Shown: positions 35,254 to 48,130 of the stretch, piece after piece | Numbering within the stretch: position 1 is the stretch's first letter | How the letters are laid out: every line of letters starts with the position of its first letter | Assembly (NCBI GenBank): GCA_004431415.1 | Contig: QPMI01000132.1 | Location: 4,836 to 68,835, forward strand | Direction of reading: 5' to 3' | DNA length: 64,000 bases | DNA from: Cyanophora paradoxa CCMP329 | Taxonomy: Eukaryota > Plantae > Glaucophyta | Notes under the pieces: model-generated | What the model was told of the DNA's origin: nothing | What the model saw: the letters and a program-made list of their open reading frames with translations, nothing else | The model's database searches: none | Made by a program: the position numbers and the translations under genes

Positions 35254-37255
35254 TCAACGGGGCCGCGAGCAGGCGTCGGGCCCTCCGTTATTGCGCCCCG
35301 CGCGGTACTCTACGACGAAGTCGTAGGACTGCAGGAGGAGGGACCAGCGTCCCAGCCTCCCAGAGGTCGCCTCGCGCGAGCGCAGCCACTGGAGCGCTTG
35401 GTGGTCCGTCCGGACCAGGAACTGGGGCCCTCCCAAGAGGAAGTGCCGCCAGTATTTTATTGCCCATACAACCGCCAAGCACTCGAGCTCGGTGGCGGTG
35501 TAATTCCGCTCAGCGGGCGCCAGCGTTCGGCTGATGAACGCGATGGGCCGCTCACGGGCGGGCGAGCCGCCGTCGGACTGCGACAGGATCGCGCCGATGG
35601 CGTACGTCGACGCGTCGGTCGACAGGATGAAGGGCCGCTCGAAATCCGGGTACCCGAGTACCAGATCCTCGAGCAGGGCAGCCTTCAGCGCCTCGAAGGC
35701 GGCTTGGTGGACCTCGGTCCATTGCCACACGGCGTCCCGAAGCAGCAGGCGCTGCAAAGGGTGGGTGACACGGGCAAACCCGTTCACGAACCGCCGGTAG
35801 TACCCGGCCAGGCCCAGGAACGACCTCAATTGGTCAGCGTTCGCTGGCGGCGGGTACTGGCGAATGAACGCCAGCTTCGCGGGGTCCTGGCGGATCCCTT
35901 CGGCCGAGACGAGGTGCCCGAGCAGGGCAACCTCGGCCACCCCAAAGCGGCACTTGGAGGGCTTCAGGCGCAAGTTCGCCGGCATGATTGCGCGGAACAA
36001 GGCCTCGAGGTCCAGCAGGTGCTGGGGCACGCTCGGCGAGAACACCGTTATATCGTCGATATAAGCGGTGACGCAAGTCGTGAGCAGGGGGCCGAGGATG
36101 GCAGTCACGGCGCGCGAGAAGGCGGCCGGCCCGTTGGTCACACCGAACGGGGTCACGCGCCACTCGTAGTGGCCCAGGGCACCACGAAGGCCGTGTACTG
36201 CCGGGACGCAGGGTCCAGCGGCAGCTGCCAGAAGCCCGCCGTCGCGTCGACGGTCGAGAAGATCATGGACCCCGCAGGCGGTCCAGCTGATCGTCGATCC
36301 GCGGCAGCGGAAAGACGTCGCGCTCGGTGATCGCATTTAAGCGTCGGTAATCGACGCAGAACCGCCAGGTGCCGTCCTTCTTAGGAGCGAGCACGACCGG
36401 CGAGCCGTAGGCGGCTTGCGAGGGCTGGATCAGGCCCAACTCAAGGAGCCGCTTTATTTCAGCACGGGCGAAGGCCTCGGCGTGCGGGCTTACACGCCGC
36501 GGAGGCGTGAAGACGGGCAGCCGTGAGGTCAATCGGATCACGTGCTCGTAGTGGAGGAGGTTGGCCGTGCCCTCGGTGGCCGTGACCGAGTCGGCGAACG
36601 CGCGCGAATAGCGCTTGAGCAGAGCCTCGAGCTCGGCGCGTTCAGCAGTGCTCATCGCCGGATGCGAGCCGCATTCCGGGATTTTTGCACGTGCTTGGTT
36701 CCACTCCTCCTCTTCGGAAGACGACGTCCCCGTCGTTTCCGGAGGCGCCCTCGGGGGGCCGCCATGGGAGGGGCCAGGCGCTGGGCCCGGAGGGGCGGCT
36801 CGCAGCGGCGCCTTGCCCTTGTCCTTGCCGCGCGCGGCAGAAGACTCGGCTGAGGAAGGCGCGCCCGGCGCGTCCGTGGTACGGACGGAGCAGCCAGGGC
36901 CGTCCAGCGGTGCTGGTGCCGTCACGGGGCGGGCGGCAGCTGTGCTCGGCGCAGGCGCCGGCGGCTCGGCTGCGTCGGCAGCGAGATTTATTTGATCCCC
37001 GGAGGGATTGGCGGGGACTGCGTTAGCCCCCTGGCGTGCAGCGCGAGCCGCGCGGGCGCGGCGGCGTGCGGCTCGCTCGGCGCGACGGGCCGGCCGGGTT
37101 CGTTCACGCTCCTCAGGGGAGGTCCAACCCGGGTACCCGACGTCGCGCTCGAGGTCGGAGTCGGTGTCGGACGACACCGGCTCATCGTGGAGCGCGAGGC
37201 CCTCCATTGTGACGATGGGGACCTCGTGGCCCTCGCCATCGTCGTCGCGCATCAT
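35254..37255 (-). CDS. pol: Reverse transcriptase + RNase H of element B (frameshifts near 36170-36280)
   Basis: SPVVLAPKKDGTWRFCVDYRRLN, TPFGVTNGP, YIDD (36052-36063), LRSFLGLAGYYRRF, LSTDAS, ELECLAVVWA, RTDHQAL. Confidence 0.97.
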
Positions 37256-37796
37256 GCGGACAAACAGCGGAGGTGCGCTCGGCGCAGGCTCCTGCCCTTC
37301 AGCTGCAGTCGCGTCGGACTGCCGGGCGGCGGTTGCCGCAAAGATAGGCCCCGGGGCAGGGTGCTGGGGCGGTTGCGCGCCTCAGCTGCCGTGTAAGCCG
37401 CGGCCGTTCGGTTGGCCCGGCGACGCATCGAGCGAAAGCCTTGTCCCCGTTTAGGGTAGAAGGCTCGCAGCGTGCGTATGAAAGTATCGGCGACCGCGCG
37501 CACGGGCGCGTCATCTGGTGGCGGGTCGTACCCGAAGTCGCCGGGCGGCAGGTTATTAGCCTCCGCCACCGCAACAACGGCCCCTGCTGGCAGCAGGACG
37601 GGCTCGTTGGCGGGATTTAATAGCCGCACGTGCAGGCTTCCGCCTGCGGCTGGGCGCCGGTGTAGCTGGTGGGGCGCGAGTACCCCGAGCGCCGACAAGG
37701 AGTCGGGCGCTGGCCCGACGGCGAGCGTCGGAGCCTGGTCCGCGGGCGGCGCAGGGCCGTCAATCACGCAGCGGACCATCCACTCGCGCGCGTCCT

Positions 37797-38320
37797 TTAG
37801 GACGACAGGGCGAAGGACCCGGACAAGGAGAGGCCCCTTCGTTTGTCCGGGCAGCAAAAAGGGATCACGTGGGGGCGGAATTGCGCGTCGCGCGCGTGCA
37901 GGCACCAGCCAGAGCTGGTCGTGTCTATCCGCCCCTCGACCATCATGATCGTGCCGATGCCCACGAGCAGGTCGGCATTGGGGCCCAGGGAGCCGTCGGG
38001 GACGACGTACACGGCCCGCGAGACGTACACGTCACCGAAGCGCAGCACGACGTGCGCGATTTCGGCCGTGATCGTGGCGTGGTGCAGGAAGGCCCTCAGG
38101 ACCTTCACGCCCGTGTACCGGGTGCCCGGGGGCATGTGGCGCTTCTCGCCAACTTCGCCCATAGCGCCGGTGTCAAAGAGGATTTGGACACGCGTGCTAG
38201 CGCCGAGAGTGCCGTCGGCATTCAGGGCGTAGACGAATCCTGGGCACTGCAGCTGCAGGCGCCGGAAATCGTGCGGGCGGCCCGAGATCCCATCGATCAC
38301 ATGCGCAATCGGGATAGGGG
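37797..38320 (-). CDS. Aspartic protease domain of element B
   Basis: ILFDTGA (DTG at 38167-38175) and DLLVGIG. Confidence 0.82.
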
Positions 38321-41300
38321 CGTTGAGGCCGCCGGGCGGGGCGCCTTCGGGGGACTCCGGGACCGCGAGGTCCGACGGACGGTCCGGGCCGTACCCGGTG
38401 AGGTCACCAGGGTCGGCGGCGGGCGTGGGGAAGTGCAGCGACGAGCGCTGCCGGCTGTTGCTGGCGTGCAACGCCGCGGACCGACTCTGCGGGGCTGCAG
38501 AGGTTTTCCGGTCCGGCCCGTCCGTGAGGGGCTGCGGCTCCCTGGTCGCAGCCGCCATGACGCTTTCGGCAATAGACCGCGGCTGCAGTGCAGCGCGCGT
38601 CGCGAAGTCGTCCTCGCCTTCATCGTCCCCGTAGACACGGAGGACGGCACGGGCGCCAGGACGGCAGCGGCCCTCGGCCTGGCGCGCCTGGGCCTGCCCG
38701 ATCAGCCGGAGCAGCTCGGATTCGATCCGATCGAACTGTTCCAAGCTGGGAACGGCCGCAGCCCAAATCGTCGCTGCGACGTTAAGGGCCGCCCACGAGG
38801 CGCCGCTGGGCAGCGTCGTGCCCGGAAGATTGTGACCGGCGGCGGTCGCAATCTCGTCCAGGACTTCGGACAGAAGCGGCGGGCTTGCTTCGTTGCCAGC
38901 CTCGAGCAGGAGGCGCAAGCGAGCGCGCCAGTTTTTGGCGGCTTGGTAGTGGGCTGCACCGGCGCTGTCGCCGGGCGCCGGCGCGCCGGGGCCAGCAGGG
39001 GCGGTCACGCCCGGCATCGGCGGCCCGTACATCATGCCCGGCGGCCAATAGTAGCCGCCGCCTCCGGGCATCTGAGGCATCAGGGCCGGTGGCGGCCCGC
39101 CCCAGGTGGGCCGCGGCGGCGGCGGGCCCATGGGGAATGGCGGGTACGCCGCGGCGTCAGCCGGCGGGACACCGCTGGGCGCAACGCGAGCCCGCTTGTT
39201 GCGGCGCTCGGCTTCGGCAAGGAGGCGGGCGCGCGTCTCCTCCGGCGTGGGCGCCGGCGCGGGCGCGTCCTCGAGCTCGAGGCCGTGCTCACGCGCGACG
39301 GCAGCGAACGCTGCGTCATCGAGGCCGGCGAATTCGTCGGCGGCACTCGCCGCAGGCGCGGTCGAGGCGGTCACCGTGACGCGGTTGCCGTGCATCACGC
39401 GCCGGTCCCGGTGGGTGCCTTCACGGGCACGGCCACCACGAGCACGGTCGGCGGGGGACCGGGAGGAGGACTCGCGCGGCGGTGCAGAGCGAGCCTCGCG
39501 GCGCTCGGCTTCCGGGTGCTGCCGCTTCGCGCCTTGCGGCGTGCGGGACGCACGGCGCCGCTCAGGCACCGGCGAGCGGGAGGCGCGGGGAGCGGGGCTC
39601 GGCTCGCGCGACCCGGAGCCCGTTGTGCCCGAGGCAGAGGACGCTTCGTCCTTTGCCTTCTTGGGCGTCGAGTCGCCTCGGACTTGGGCCCGCAGGGTCT
39701 TCGGGATGACCTCGGGGCGGCGCCCGCTCCAGTGCATGAGGAGGGCAGCCGACATCCGGTAATGGAACGGCGTGACCGCCATTACCGTGGTGCCCAGGTC
39801 GGGCGCATCCGCAGGTGCGGGAAGGGCGCATCCGGCTTAGCGACCGTGTCGAAAGCCGGCGCCGGCCAAAGGTCTGAGACCAAGAGGCGCGGCGGGCGGG
39901 CGCTCGTCATGATGGGCCAGAGGACATCATTGATCTTCTGAACCCAGCTCAGGAGAGCCCGCGAGGTGGCTTCCTGGCCGTGGAGCATGTGATCCTCGCC
40001 AGCATGCGAGAGATGCCGGCGGCCCACGTGTCACGGTCGACGTGACAGAACTCGCGCATGCCGTGCGCGGTGGTACGGGCGGGCAGGATGCGCTCAAGGA
40101 GGCGAACATCCAAGCAGCCGACAGTGTCCTCATGCTTTGCGAGCAGCGCGCGAAGCTGAGTCGTCGCCGGCAGACCCCAGATCTGCAGCATCGCGTCTGC
40201 GAGCTGCTTCTTCGACGCCGGCGCATTGTCGAGCCACGATGTGGCGACAGCGGTAGGGCGGGAAGGTCTGGCATGGAGAACCAGAACAGGGTCGCCAGCG
40301 GAAGCTGGGAGGCCAGAACAAGGGCCGCGTACTCGTCGACAATATCCGTAGGGACTTTGTCTTTGACGGTGTGGTAGACAGCGTAAAGCTCGTCACCATC
40401 GACCGTGCGCATGTGAGTACCGCGCTTGTCAGCGCTCAGAGTATTGCGGTCGCCGCGATAGCAGATATCCCGCAAGAACTCATAGGCCGCGGTCGGCCCC
40501 ACGACGTGCATCTGCACGTTGTACCCTGCCACCGGCGCCGGGCGCCGGGGCTCAGGCAGCTCGTGGCCGAGGATCCAACCGGCCAAGTGGTTCACATACC
40601 CCGCAAGCAGGGATGCGACGAACTCACGAGTCGGCAGCGGCGCCCACGTGGCGCCGTTCTCGGTGGCGATGGGGCAGACGAGCGGGTGCATCCGCGTCCC
40701 CTTGTGCATTGGATTCACCGGCGGCCGGCTTGACTCGTACCCCAGCGTAAAGACGCGGGGCGGCAAGCGGTCAAGCTGACGACGCGCCTCCGCCTCAGAG
40801 GGGTACTGCATCGCGACGTGGGCGGGGCCCAGCGTGACGCGGATGGCGTTCTTCCCGGCGGCGTCGCCGAGGACGTCGAGTGCGTTCGCATCGAGCTCAG
40901 CCGCGAAGGCACGCTCAGAGCTCAGGACCGGCTCGCCGGGGACGAGCATGCGCACGCGAGAGTCGGCTTGCGCGACTACGCGAATGCCGAACTTGCGGCC
41001 GAAGCGCGGGTCCTTGAATGCGACCACGCGACTGCGCGGTGGTGCACGGTTCGGCCCCGCGTGGGGTTGAACTGGTGCGGCCGGTGCAGGTACGCGTAGG
41101 ACATGCGACACGTGTGGTGCATGACCGTGTTCAGCGTGGCGTACGCCTTCGTGATCGGCCCGTCCTCACGGAGCGGGAGAGCGGGCTCCGAGGAGACCCA
41201 CTTAGTGATGTGCTCATCGAGCCCCATCATCGCGAGCACGTAGGGCAGGCCCTGGACGTCCGCACCCTCGAGGGTGGTCGGAGTCGGCGGGACCGGCGGC

Positions 41301-44300
41301 CCGTAGAGCAAAATCGCGGCGGGGATGCCGCGGTTATGCCCCTCGACGTTTCCAAGGACCGTCGAGGCGAGGCTGTGCAGAGCAGCATCGGCGTCGAGCG
41401 CGTCCGGGTGGAAGCGCGTTTGCAGCTTCGTGCCCGGGTTAAACACGGGGCCGCAGTCCCGTGGCCCGTTCTCGCCGTACATGAGAGTACGGAGGCGGGG
41501 GATTGCGCCCCAGGGCTGCTGCTCGGGCAACGTGTTGGTTGCGGAGCCCGCCCCGAGCGGGTCCGGGAGCAGCACGCAGTACTTTTCGCAGTACCGCAGG
41601 CGCTCGAGCGTGCCGTCGTACCAAGTGCGCGAGCCCGGAGGGGCTTGCGGGTCCGGAGCCGGGGGTTCAGAGGGACCGGCGGCAGCGGCACTCGTGACGG
41701 AGGCGGCGGCTGTGGCCTCGACCATGGGCGTGTCGCCCGCGGCGTCGCGCTCGTTCGCGCGAACGGCGCCGGCCCAGTCGTCGATCCACCGCACGAACGG
41801 CAGAGAGCGGATGACGACTTCCGCGCCCTCGACGGGGAAGTCGATTTCGCCCAGGGTCCAAGAGGCCCCTTCGACGGTGTTGTCGTACAGCCGAACCTCC
41901 TGGCTCAGCCAGGAGTCCGCGTCCGTCTTTGCGGCGGCCCGCTGAACAACTTCAGAGATGTTCAGGTCCGGGGGGTACATGGAGGCGAGCTCGCAGACGA
42001 GACCCTCGCAACCCGGGTGCAGCGCGCGGACGCGCCCGTAGAAGAAGCGAACTTCTTCGGGCAGCTGTTGTTCCGAGTACGGAACAAAGGGCACGGTTCC
42101 CGGACCAGTGCGTCCGCTGAACCAGCACGACATCAGCCAGCGTGCGTGGGCAGGCACGGGCTCTACGATATCAAGACCGGGCCCCGTGTTTTGGGACGCG
42201 CGCCAGCGGTCATTGACGTAGTATCCCGGCAGGCGGGAGACGTGGAACTCAAAGCGGTCCAGGAAAACCGCGTCCCAGTGGAAACAGGTCCACCGGTCCG
42301 GCTCCGTCGGGAGCTCAGGGCGCGGGGTCAAGAGACCTAAGTTCCAGGCTGCAAGTTCGAACGACGCAACCGCGCGCCGTAGGAACCGCACGTTGGCGGG
42401 GTGCCGCTGGGGCACGCTCAGCTCAAGTCGCTCCCACGCCTCGCGCGAGGCGTCTGCGTGGAAGTGGCTAAACCGGCGCCACGGGGGCTGCGCGGTTTCC
42501 GCTGCGAGCCAGCCCTGGAGTTCAGGGTGGGGCTCGATTTGCAGCAGGAGCGGGTTCTGGGCCTGCGTGAGGCCACTGTTCGCGAGCCACATGTGCTCGA
42601 CCGACGTCGACCAGTTGGACGACGGGGCGGGGCAACCGACGAGCTCAAAGAGCTTTGCGTCGATGCCGCCTCGGACGAAGAGCGCGTGCCACATGCGCTC
42701 ACGGGCGTCGGCATCGATACCCGCATGCTCATCGGATTCCATGGCGTCTGGAGGCGGCGTGGCAGCGCCACCCTCGCCCTCATCCGACGAGCCGGAGCCC
42801 GGGTCCGAACTGCCGCTGGCGGCGGCGCGGTCGCCGGGCGGGCGAGCAGGGGCACCGCGGCGGGCGCGCGAGCCGCTCGTCCACGGCCCTCGGTGGTGCC
42901 GGCGGCTGCCGCAGTCGGCTTGCCGCGGCCACGGCGCGTGGTGGCGACTGTTCGGGCCAACGCATCGCACGAAGCGATGATTTCGTTATGCTTGTCCCAC
43001 ACCGAACTGTTGGTGTGGGGGCCCTTATAGCGCCGGCGCACTTCGCCGTAGACCAACCGCATGCGGTGGGCCGGCTTATCAAGGAGCGTGGTGGCGTAAA
43101 CGCCGGACTGCGACATGCAGTAGCAGACCCAGACGAACACACACCACGTGAATTCGCCATTGCGAGCGGCGGAATCCATTTCTCCTTGCAGCGCTTTCAT
43201 GAGCCACAGGAACTCGGGCTCGAGCGGCGCTCGTTCTTCACCAGGTCCGGCGGACCAAGGCGCGGGACGGCGCGGGAGGCGAGCAGGTCGAGCACGTCGA
43301 CCTCGCGATGGTTATCGCGGCGGGGCACCGGATAACGGCGATCGAGGAACGCCTCGATGCTAGGCCCGCGCATCAGGGGTCGGCGTCCGGGTGGTGCCGG
43401 AACCGGAGCCCCTCGTCGGGACCGACGGGGCGGTCCACAACGACGGTGGGGGCAGCGCGGTACGTGCCAATCCCCAGGAGCCAGTCAGAGAACAGCAGAG
43501 AGCTGAACTCGTCGGGGCGCCGCGGGTCAATGAGCCGGGCCATGCGCTGCACGGCGACGCGCTCGGGCACGTAGACAACGCGCCACTTGTCCAAATCGGA
43601 GCCGTGCTGGACGAGCTCGGAAAGGTTGACGAGCGGGGGCTCGCCCCGCACGCAGCGGGCGCGGCGCTCGGCCTGTGTGGTGTTGCGTGCAGTGTGAGGA
43701 CCCGGGATGATTCGGGGAATCACTAGCCTCTCGCGAGATGGCCTATTGGTAGAACTGCCGCCTTGACACCCCTTAGTCGTTGGTTCGACTCCGGCTGGGT
43801 CCGGGTCGCAACGCGTCCATAACATGGGGGCTGCTAACGGACCTGGTTCGACTCCCGACGAGGGATAGACCGGGCTTCGAATCCCACGCGGGGCGCTAGG
43901 AAGCGCTGGCTGAGGGCCGCTGCATCGCGGTACCCCGATAAGCCCGGCACCTGCATCGGTGGCCGCCGAAGAGCCTAGAAACTGCGCGCGCGGAAAAAGC
44001 GGCAGTTGCGGCTGTGTGATCATGAGTGGGTGTCACGTGCGGCATGTGACCGAGGTTGAGATCGCGAGTTGTGAGGTGAAATGCAGCAATGGAACCGCAC
44101 GGAAGGATCTCGGGGTCGAGATCACCGTGGCGGGGGGGATGTTGCGTGCAGTGTGAGGACCCGGGATGATTCGGGGAATCACTAGCCTCTCGCGAGATGG
44201 CCTATTGGTAGAACTGCCGCCTTGACACCCCTTAGTCGTTGGTTCGACTCCGGCTGGGTCCGGGTCGCAACGCGTCCATAACAGTGGCCAGGACGCGAGC

Positions 44301-45400
44301 GGCGACGGTGCCCTCGGAGCTCTTGTCGAAGCAAGCAGCGCCGGCGACCTCACGCAGCCTTGCGGCATACGTTTGGTACTGAGTGACGGGCGGAGCCACG
44401 TCGTGAGGGGTGATCCACTCAAAGAGGCTGTTCTTGCCAAATCCCAGAGCCCCCGGAACGACCGTGAGGGTGCGGAAACGGATTATGGCCAGCAGCAACT
44501 GCACGCAGTATGCGTGGAAGTCGCAGTCCTCGTGGAGGATCTCGCGGGCTGCGGCGAGTGCCGAGCGCATCGCGTGATAGCCCGTCAGGGCCGGCGAGAC
44601 CGGGGTATCGGGCGTCTCGTCCCAGTCCCGCGGGTCAAACGCCACGTCATACCCGTTGGCATTCTCAGCCAGTATGCGGGGCCACTGCAAGCCCGGCTGG
44701 GCGAGCAGGTACGCGGACGCGACGAGAAGGGACAAGATTGGCGAGCGATCAGAGTCGCTAAGCCAACTCGCCTCAGATGCGAGGTCCCAGCATGCCGACT
44801 TCGGGGCGTGCTGCTCCCAAGCGGCGAGCAGATCGTCCCACGCGCGCGGCGACGCGGTGTCGAACTCGAAGGCGAGATCGGGCCAGACGACTTCGGAGTC
44901 GTCAGGCGGGGGACCGACCCCAGAGCATGAGCCCGGGTCCTCGGGGTGGGCGAACGCCGCGCGCAGAATTGCACGCATAGCGCGGCCGGAATCCGGGCCC
45001 TCATGCAGGCGGTGGTCCGTGCGGGCGACCACGGCCGCAGTCTCGATCACGCAAGCGAGGTTGTTAACCTCGGTGCGCTGAGTCAAGCGACCCAGGAGGA
45101 GACGGTCCGCGCGGTTCAGTCCGCAGGCGCCCAGGAAGCGATCGGCAACGATGCCGATCGTACCCTCGCCGGCAAGTTTGCGCACAAGCGGGATTTGCTT
45201 ATGCCCCTCCATGCCGTTGGTGAAGAGGAGCCCGACGGCCCTCGACAGCGCGCGAGGCTCCGAGGCCAGCAGCGCGTACCACTTAGAGAGTGGCATGAGC
45301 AGGGGGCAATGCGGCGGACAATGAAGCGGCTGCCCTCGCGTTGCGAGTCAACGAGCACGCTCTCGGTGTGGTCGCCGGGCATGTACCGCAGCCCGGTGGG
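38320..45400 (-). CDS. Large uncharacterised polyprotein region between Gag and protease of B (frameshifted; interrupted by TRIM D)
   Basis: Consecutive minus ORFs 45296-44232, 43680-43360, 43200-42418, 42970-40976, 41111-39927 and 39782-37797. The frame is restored (RVLAT|QAERR) when D and one TSD copy are removed. Confidence 0.75.
43681..44283 (+). mobile_element. TRIM D with tRNA-like Pol III promoter in its LTRs
   Basis: Identical 144-bp LTRs (43681-43824, 44140-44283; TGTT..AACA), 4-bp TSD GTGG, PBS TGGGGGCT, PPT GGCGGGGGGGA, 315-bp non-coding interior. Confidence 0.92.
43739..43792 (+). promoter_or_regulatory. Type-2 Pol III A box (TGGCCTATTGG) and B box (GGTTCGACTCC); repeated at 44198-44251
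   Basis: Consensus-like boxes 43 nt apart start to start, as in tRNA genes; a T-arm stem can form. Confidence 0.75.
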
Positions 45401-47640
45401 CGCGGACATTGGCTTTTTCTCGACGTATTCGAGACCCGAGCCCTTGCCGCAGGGATCCAGGGGGTCGGACTCCGAGCGGACGCTCAGTCCGTCGGCGTCG
45501 GTCTCGCCGATTTCCGAGTCCCCTGAGCCATCGTCGCTTGCCGGGCTGGCAAAGCGCAGGGCGGCCTCGAACTCGGTCTCACGCGCGGCGTCGTCAAGGG
45601 CGCCGGCGGCGAGGGTCGAGGCGGCCGCGTCGAAGGCGGCCTGGTCACGCGCCCGGGCGGCGATGACGCTGGCGTCGGCCGGCTGGCGCACGGCGGCGAC
45701 GGGGACGCTGAGGTCCATGTCCGTCTCAGTGCCCACGGGCATCACGAGGACGGACTTGATCGACGGGTCGCCGCTCGGGGCGCCTGGGCCGGGCTTGCTG
45801 CCTGCCGAGGAGGAGCTCGCGGCACGCGCGGCCTCGTGCAGGGCTTGCTGCTGCGACTGAACCAGCAGATGCTGGAAGAATTCAGCCATGTGGGCAGCGC
45901 CCGGGTTCGGCGGCTCGGAGCGCGGCGGATCGCCTCCGGCGCGAACTTGGTTGAACCGGGGCCGGGGCCCGCGGTTCTGCTCAGGGCCATAGCCGCGGCC
46001 ACGGCCGCTCTGGGCGTTGCCCTGGGCGGAGGGGCAATCCCGGCGCATGTGGTCCAGCGAGCCGCAGGTCCAGCAGCCTCGCTGCTCATCCTGCTCGCTC
46101 GTCTCCTTACCCTTCCCCAGCGGGCGCTGGTTCGGGCCGGAGGCCGGGCCACGGCCGGAGCCGCCGGCGTAGCCGCTGCGGGCGCCGCCGCGGAACCCGC
46201 CGCGGGCTTGGAAACCGCCCGGGGGTACGGCTCCTGGCGGTGTCCACCGCGGTGGGCGTAACCGCCGCGGTTCGGGCCGGGGTCCCCGCGCTCGTCGCGG
46301 TCGGGGCCCTCGTCCTCGCGGGTCGCGCGCTCGCGGCGCTTCAAGCCCGCCCGCTTCTCAGCGATCCCCTTCACCCAGTCGGCGTACGGGATGCCGGGGA
46401 ACGGGGCCGTGCCCCACGCGCAATTCCACGTAAAGTGGCAGCGGTCGAGGGCCGGCATCTCCACGTGCATGCACAGGGGGCATGGCGTCGTGGTGGTGCA
46501 CGGGTACCCCAGGTTTTCCTCGTCCGGGTGCCGGCGGCTCGAGACGGGGGCGCCCGGCGGCGCCTTGGTGCCAGGGGCGGCGTGCACCGATTTCGTCGGG
46601 ACGGCCTCGTCAGGCTCGTCCTCGTCATCGGCCGCCACGGCCATTTTGCGCACGCGGGGGCGCTTGGTCTCAGGCGCCTCGGGCGCGACCATGGCCTGGG
46701 GTGGCAGCACGGTACGGCAGCCGTGCGTCTCGCATGCCTGGAGGAATAGATCGTCCAGCTGGAGTGGCGACAGGGCGCCGTCCAGAGCGAGAATGCGCTG
46801 GTCCAGCGCAGTGAGGAACTCGCGCAGCGTGCGCTCGTTCAGCTTCGCGAACCCGGCCATCCGAACATCAAGGTTCTGATATTCCGGGTCCTCGCTCGTC
46901 GCGCGGGCCTCAAGCGCAGTGCGCAGGCACTCGGCGTAGTACACGGCGAGGCGCTGGCCCGTCGGCAGCGTGTGCCGGACGAGAGGCAAGAACCAGTCGT
47001 GCCACGAGCGCGGATCCTCGCCCGTGTAGGGCTCAGTGAGGGCCCGGCGGGCCGCGTGCGGGCGCGCCTTGTGGATCCACGCCGTGATCGTATCAAGCAG
47101 CCCGGGGGCACGCAAGTACGCATCGCGAGTGGCCACGATTGAGGCCTCATCACGCGCGCAGCTCTGCTGCAGCGCGAGGATCATGGCGTCGTCGTCGGCA
47201 GAACGCAAGTTCGCCGGGACGAGCTCAAGGCGCCGCAGCGTAGCGCGGTCACGCTCCAGGCCAGCAATAGAGGCCTCATAGAGGTCGCGCTTACGCTCGA
47301 TTACGGCGCGGAGGGCGCCGGGGCGGATGCGCCCGACGATCACTCCGGCAAGAGCCTCGGACTTAGTATACTCCTGGCCGCCGGCAGCGTCGGGGCCAAA
47401 GAGATACTTCGTCGGCTGCGCCGACTGATAGTTCCGGACGTCCTTGCGGAACCGGTCACCATCGGCGAGGCGGGGCTGGGCGGGCAAGAATCCGATCCGC
47501 GCGGGATCATCATCAGCCACAGCCGAGGCGCCGGGGGCGGCGTACTGCACAGCAAGTTCGGCCTTCGCAGGCTCAACATGCGCGAGCGCAGACAGCTGGC
47601 TCCGGACTTCAGAACTAAGGAGTTCCGAGGAGTTTGACAT
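45400..47640 (-). CDS. gag: Gag of element B (frameshift near 46130)
   Basis: First long ORF after the PBS; CPLC..H..C knuckle and GCWTCGSLDHMRRDCP (CX2CX4HX4C, ~46030-46080). Confidence 0.85.
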
Positions 47641-48105
47641 GTTGTTCTCTTTGCAACGTAAAGCCGCAAGAACAAGATGCCGGGGAGAGCACTAGGCGCG
47701 GGATTTGATCTGCAGCTCGCTGCAGAATCCGGCGCGGGGATCTCGCGGTCACGCAAGAGCGCGACTCAGGGACACTTAGGGAGCTGCTCGCGGCAGTCTC
47801 CGTGGCACGGTTGCTCGCAACCGGCGATGGGACAGGCAATGATGAGACTCTCGAGAGAGAGCTCGGCGCGTGCGCTTCGGTCTGGGGATGACCCGAAGCC
47901 CGCGATAGGCACTAGAGACGTTTCCGGTGCACTACCGTCCAACCGCAAGCGGTACAGGGCGGCGCACTCAAACGCAAAGCAACCGTGGGGACGGCGCTCG
48001 CGCGGAAAGCAGGTCTCTGGCTCCAATAGACACTGGGCAAGGCGGCGCAGCGATGCGCGCTGCGCGGCGGGGCTGGGGAGAGCGATACGGACTCAGACCC
48101 TTGAA

Positions 48106-48130
48106 GGTTCGATTCCGGCAGAATGGCGCC
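48106..48130 (-). promoter_or_regulatory. Primer-binding site of B (GGCGCCATTCTGCCGGAATCGAACC)
   Basis: Abuts the 5' LTR; its complement contains a tRNA T-loop GGTTCGATTCC. Confidence 0.85.

Noticed and set aside
36170-36280. Programmed ribosomal frameshift in pol
   Set aside because: The shifts fall inside conserved RT motifs with no slippery sites, consistent with indel errors or mutation.
37400-37800. dUTPase after the protease (also ~6600-6900 in A)
   Set aside because: Only the common Gypsy post-protease beta-rich motif (VRLLNPANEPVLLPAG) is present; dUTPase catalytic motifs are absent.
37869-43030. Antisense ORFs in B (37869-39941, 41018-42340) as an env-like or extra gene
   Set aside because: Typical antisense shadows of GC3-rich coding sequence; no signal peptide or transmembrane pattern seen.
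43732-43810. Functional tRNA gene
   Set aside because: A/B boxes and T arm are present, but there is no convincing acceptor or anticodon stem, and it lies within TRIM LTRs.
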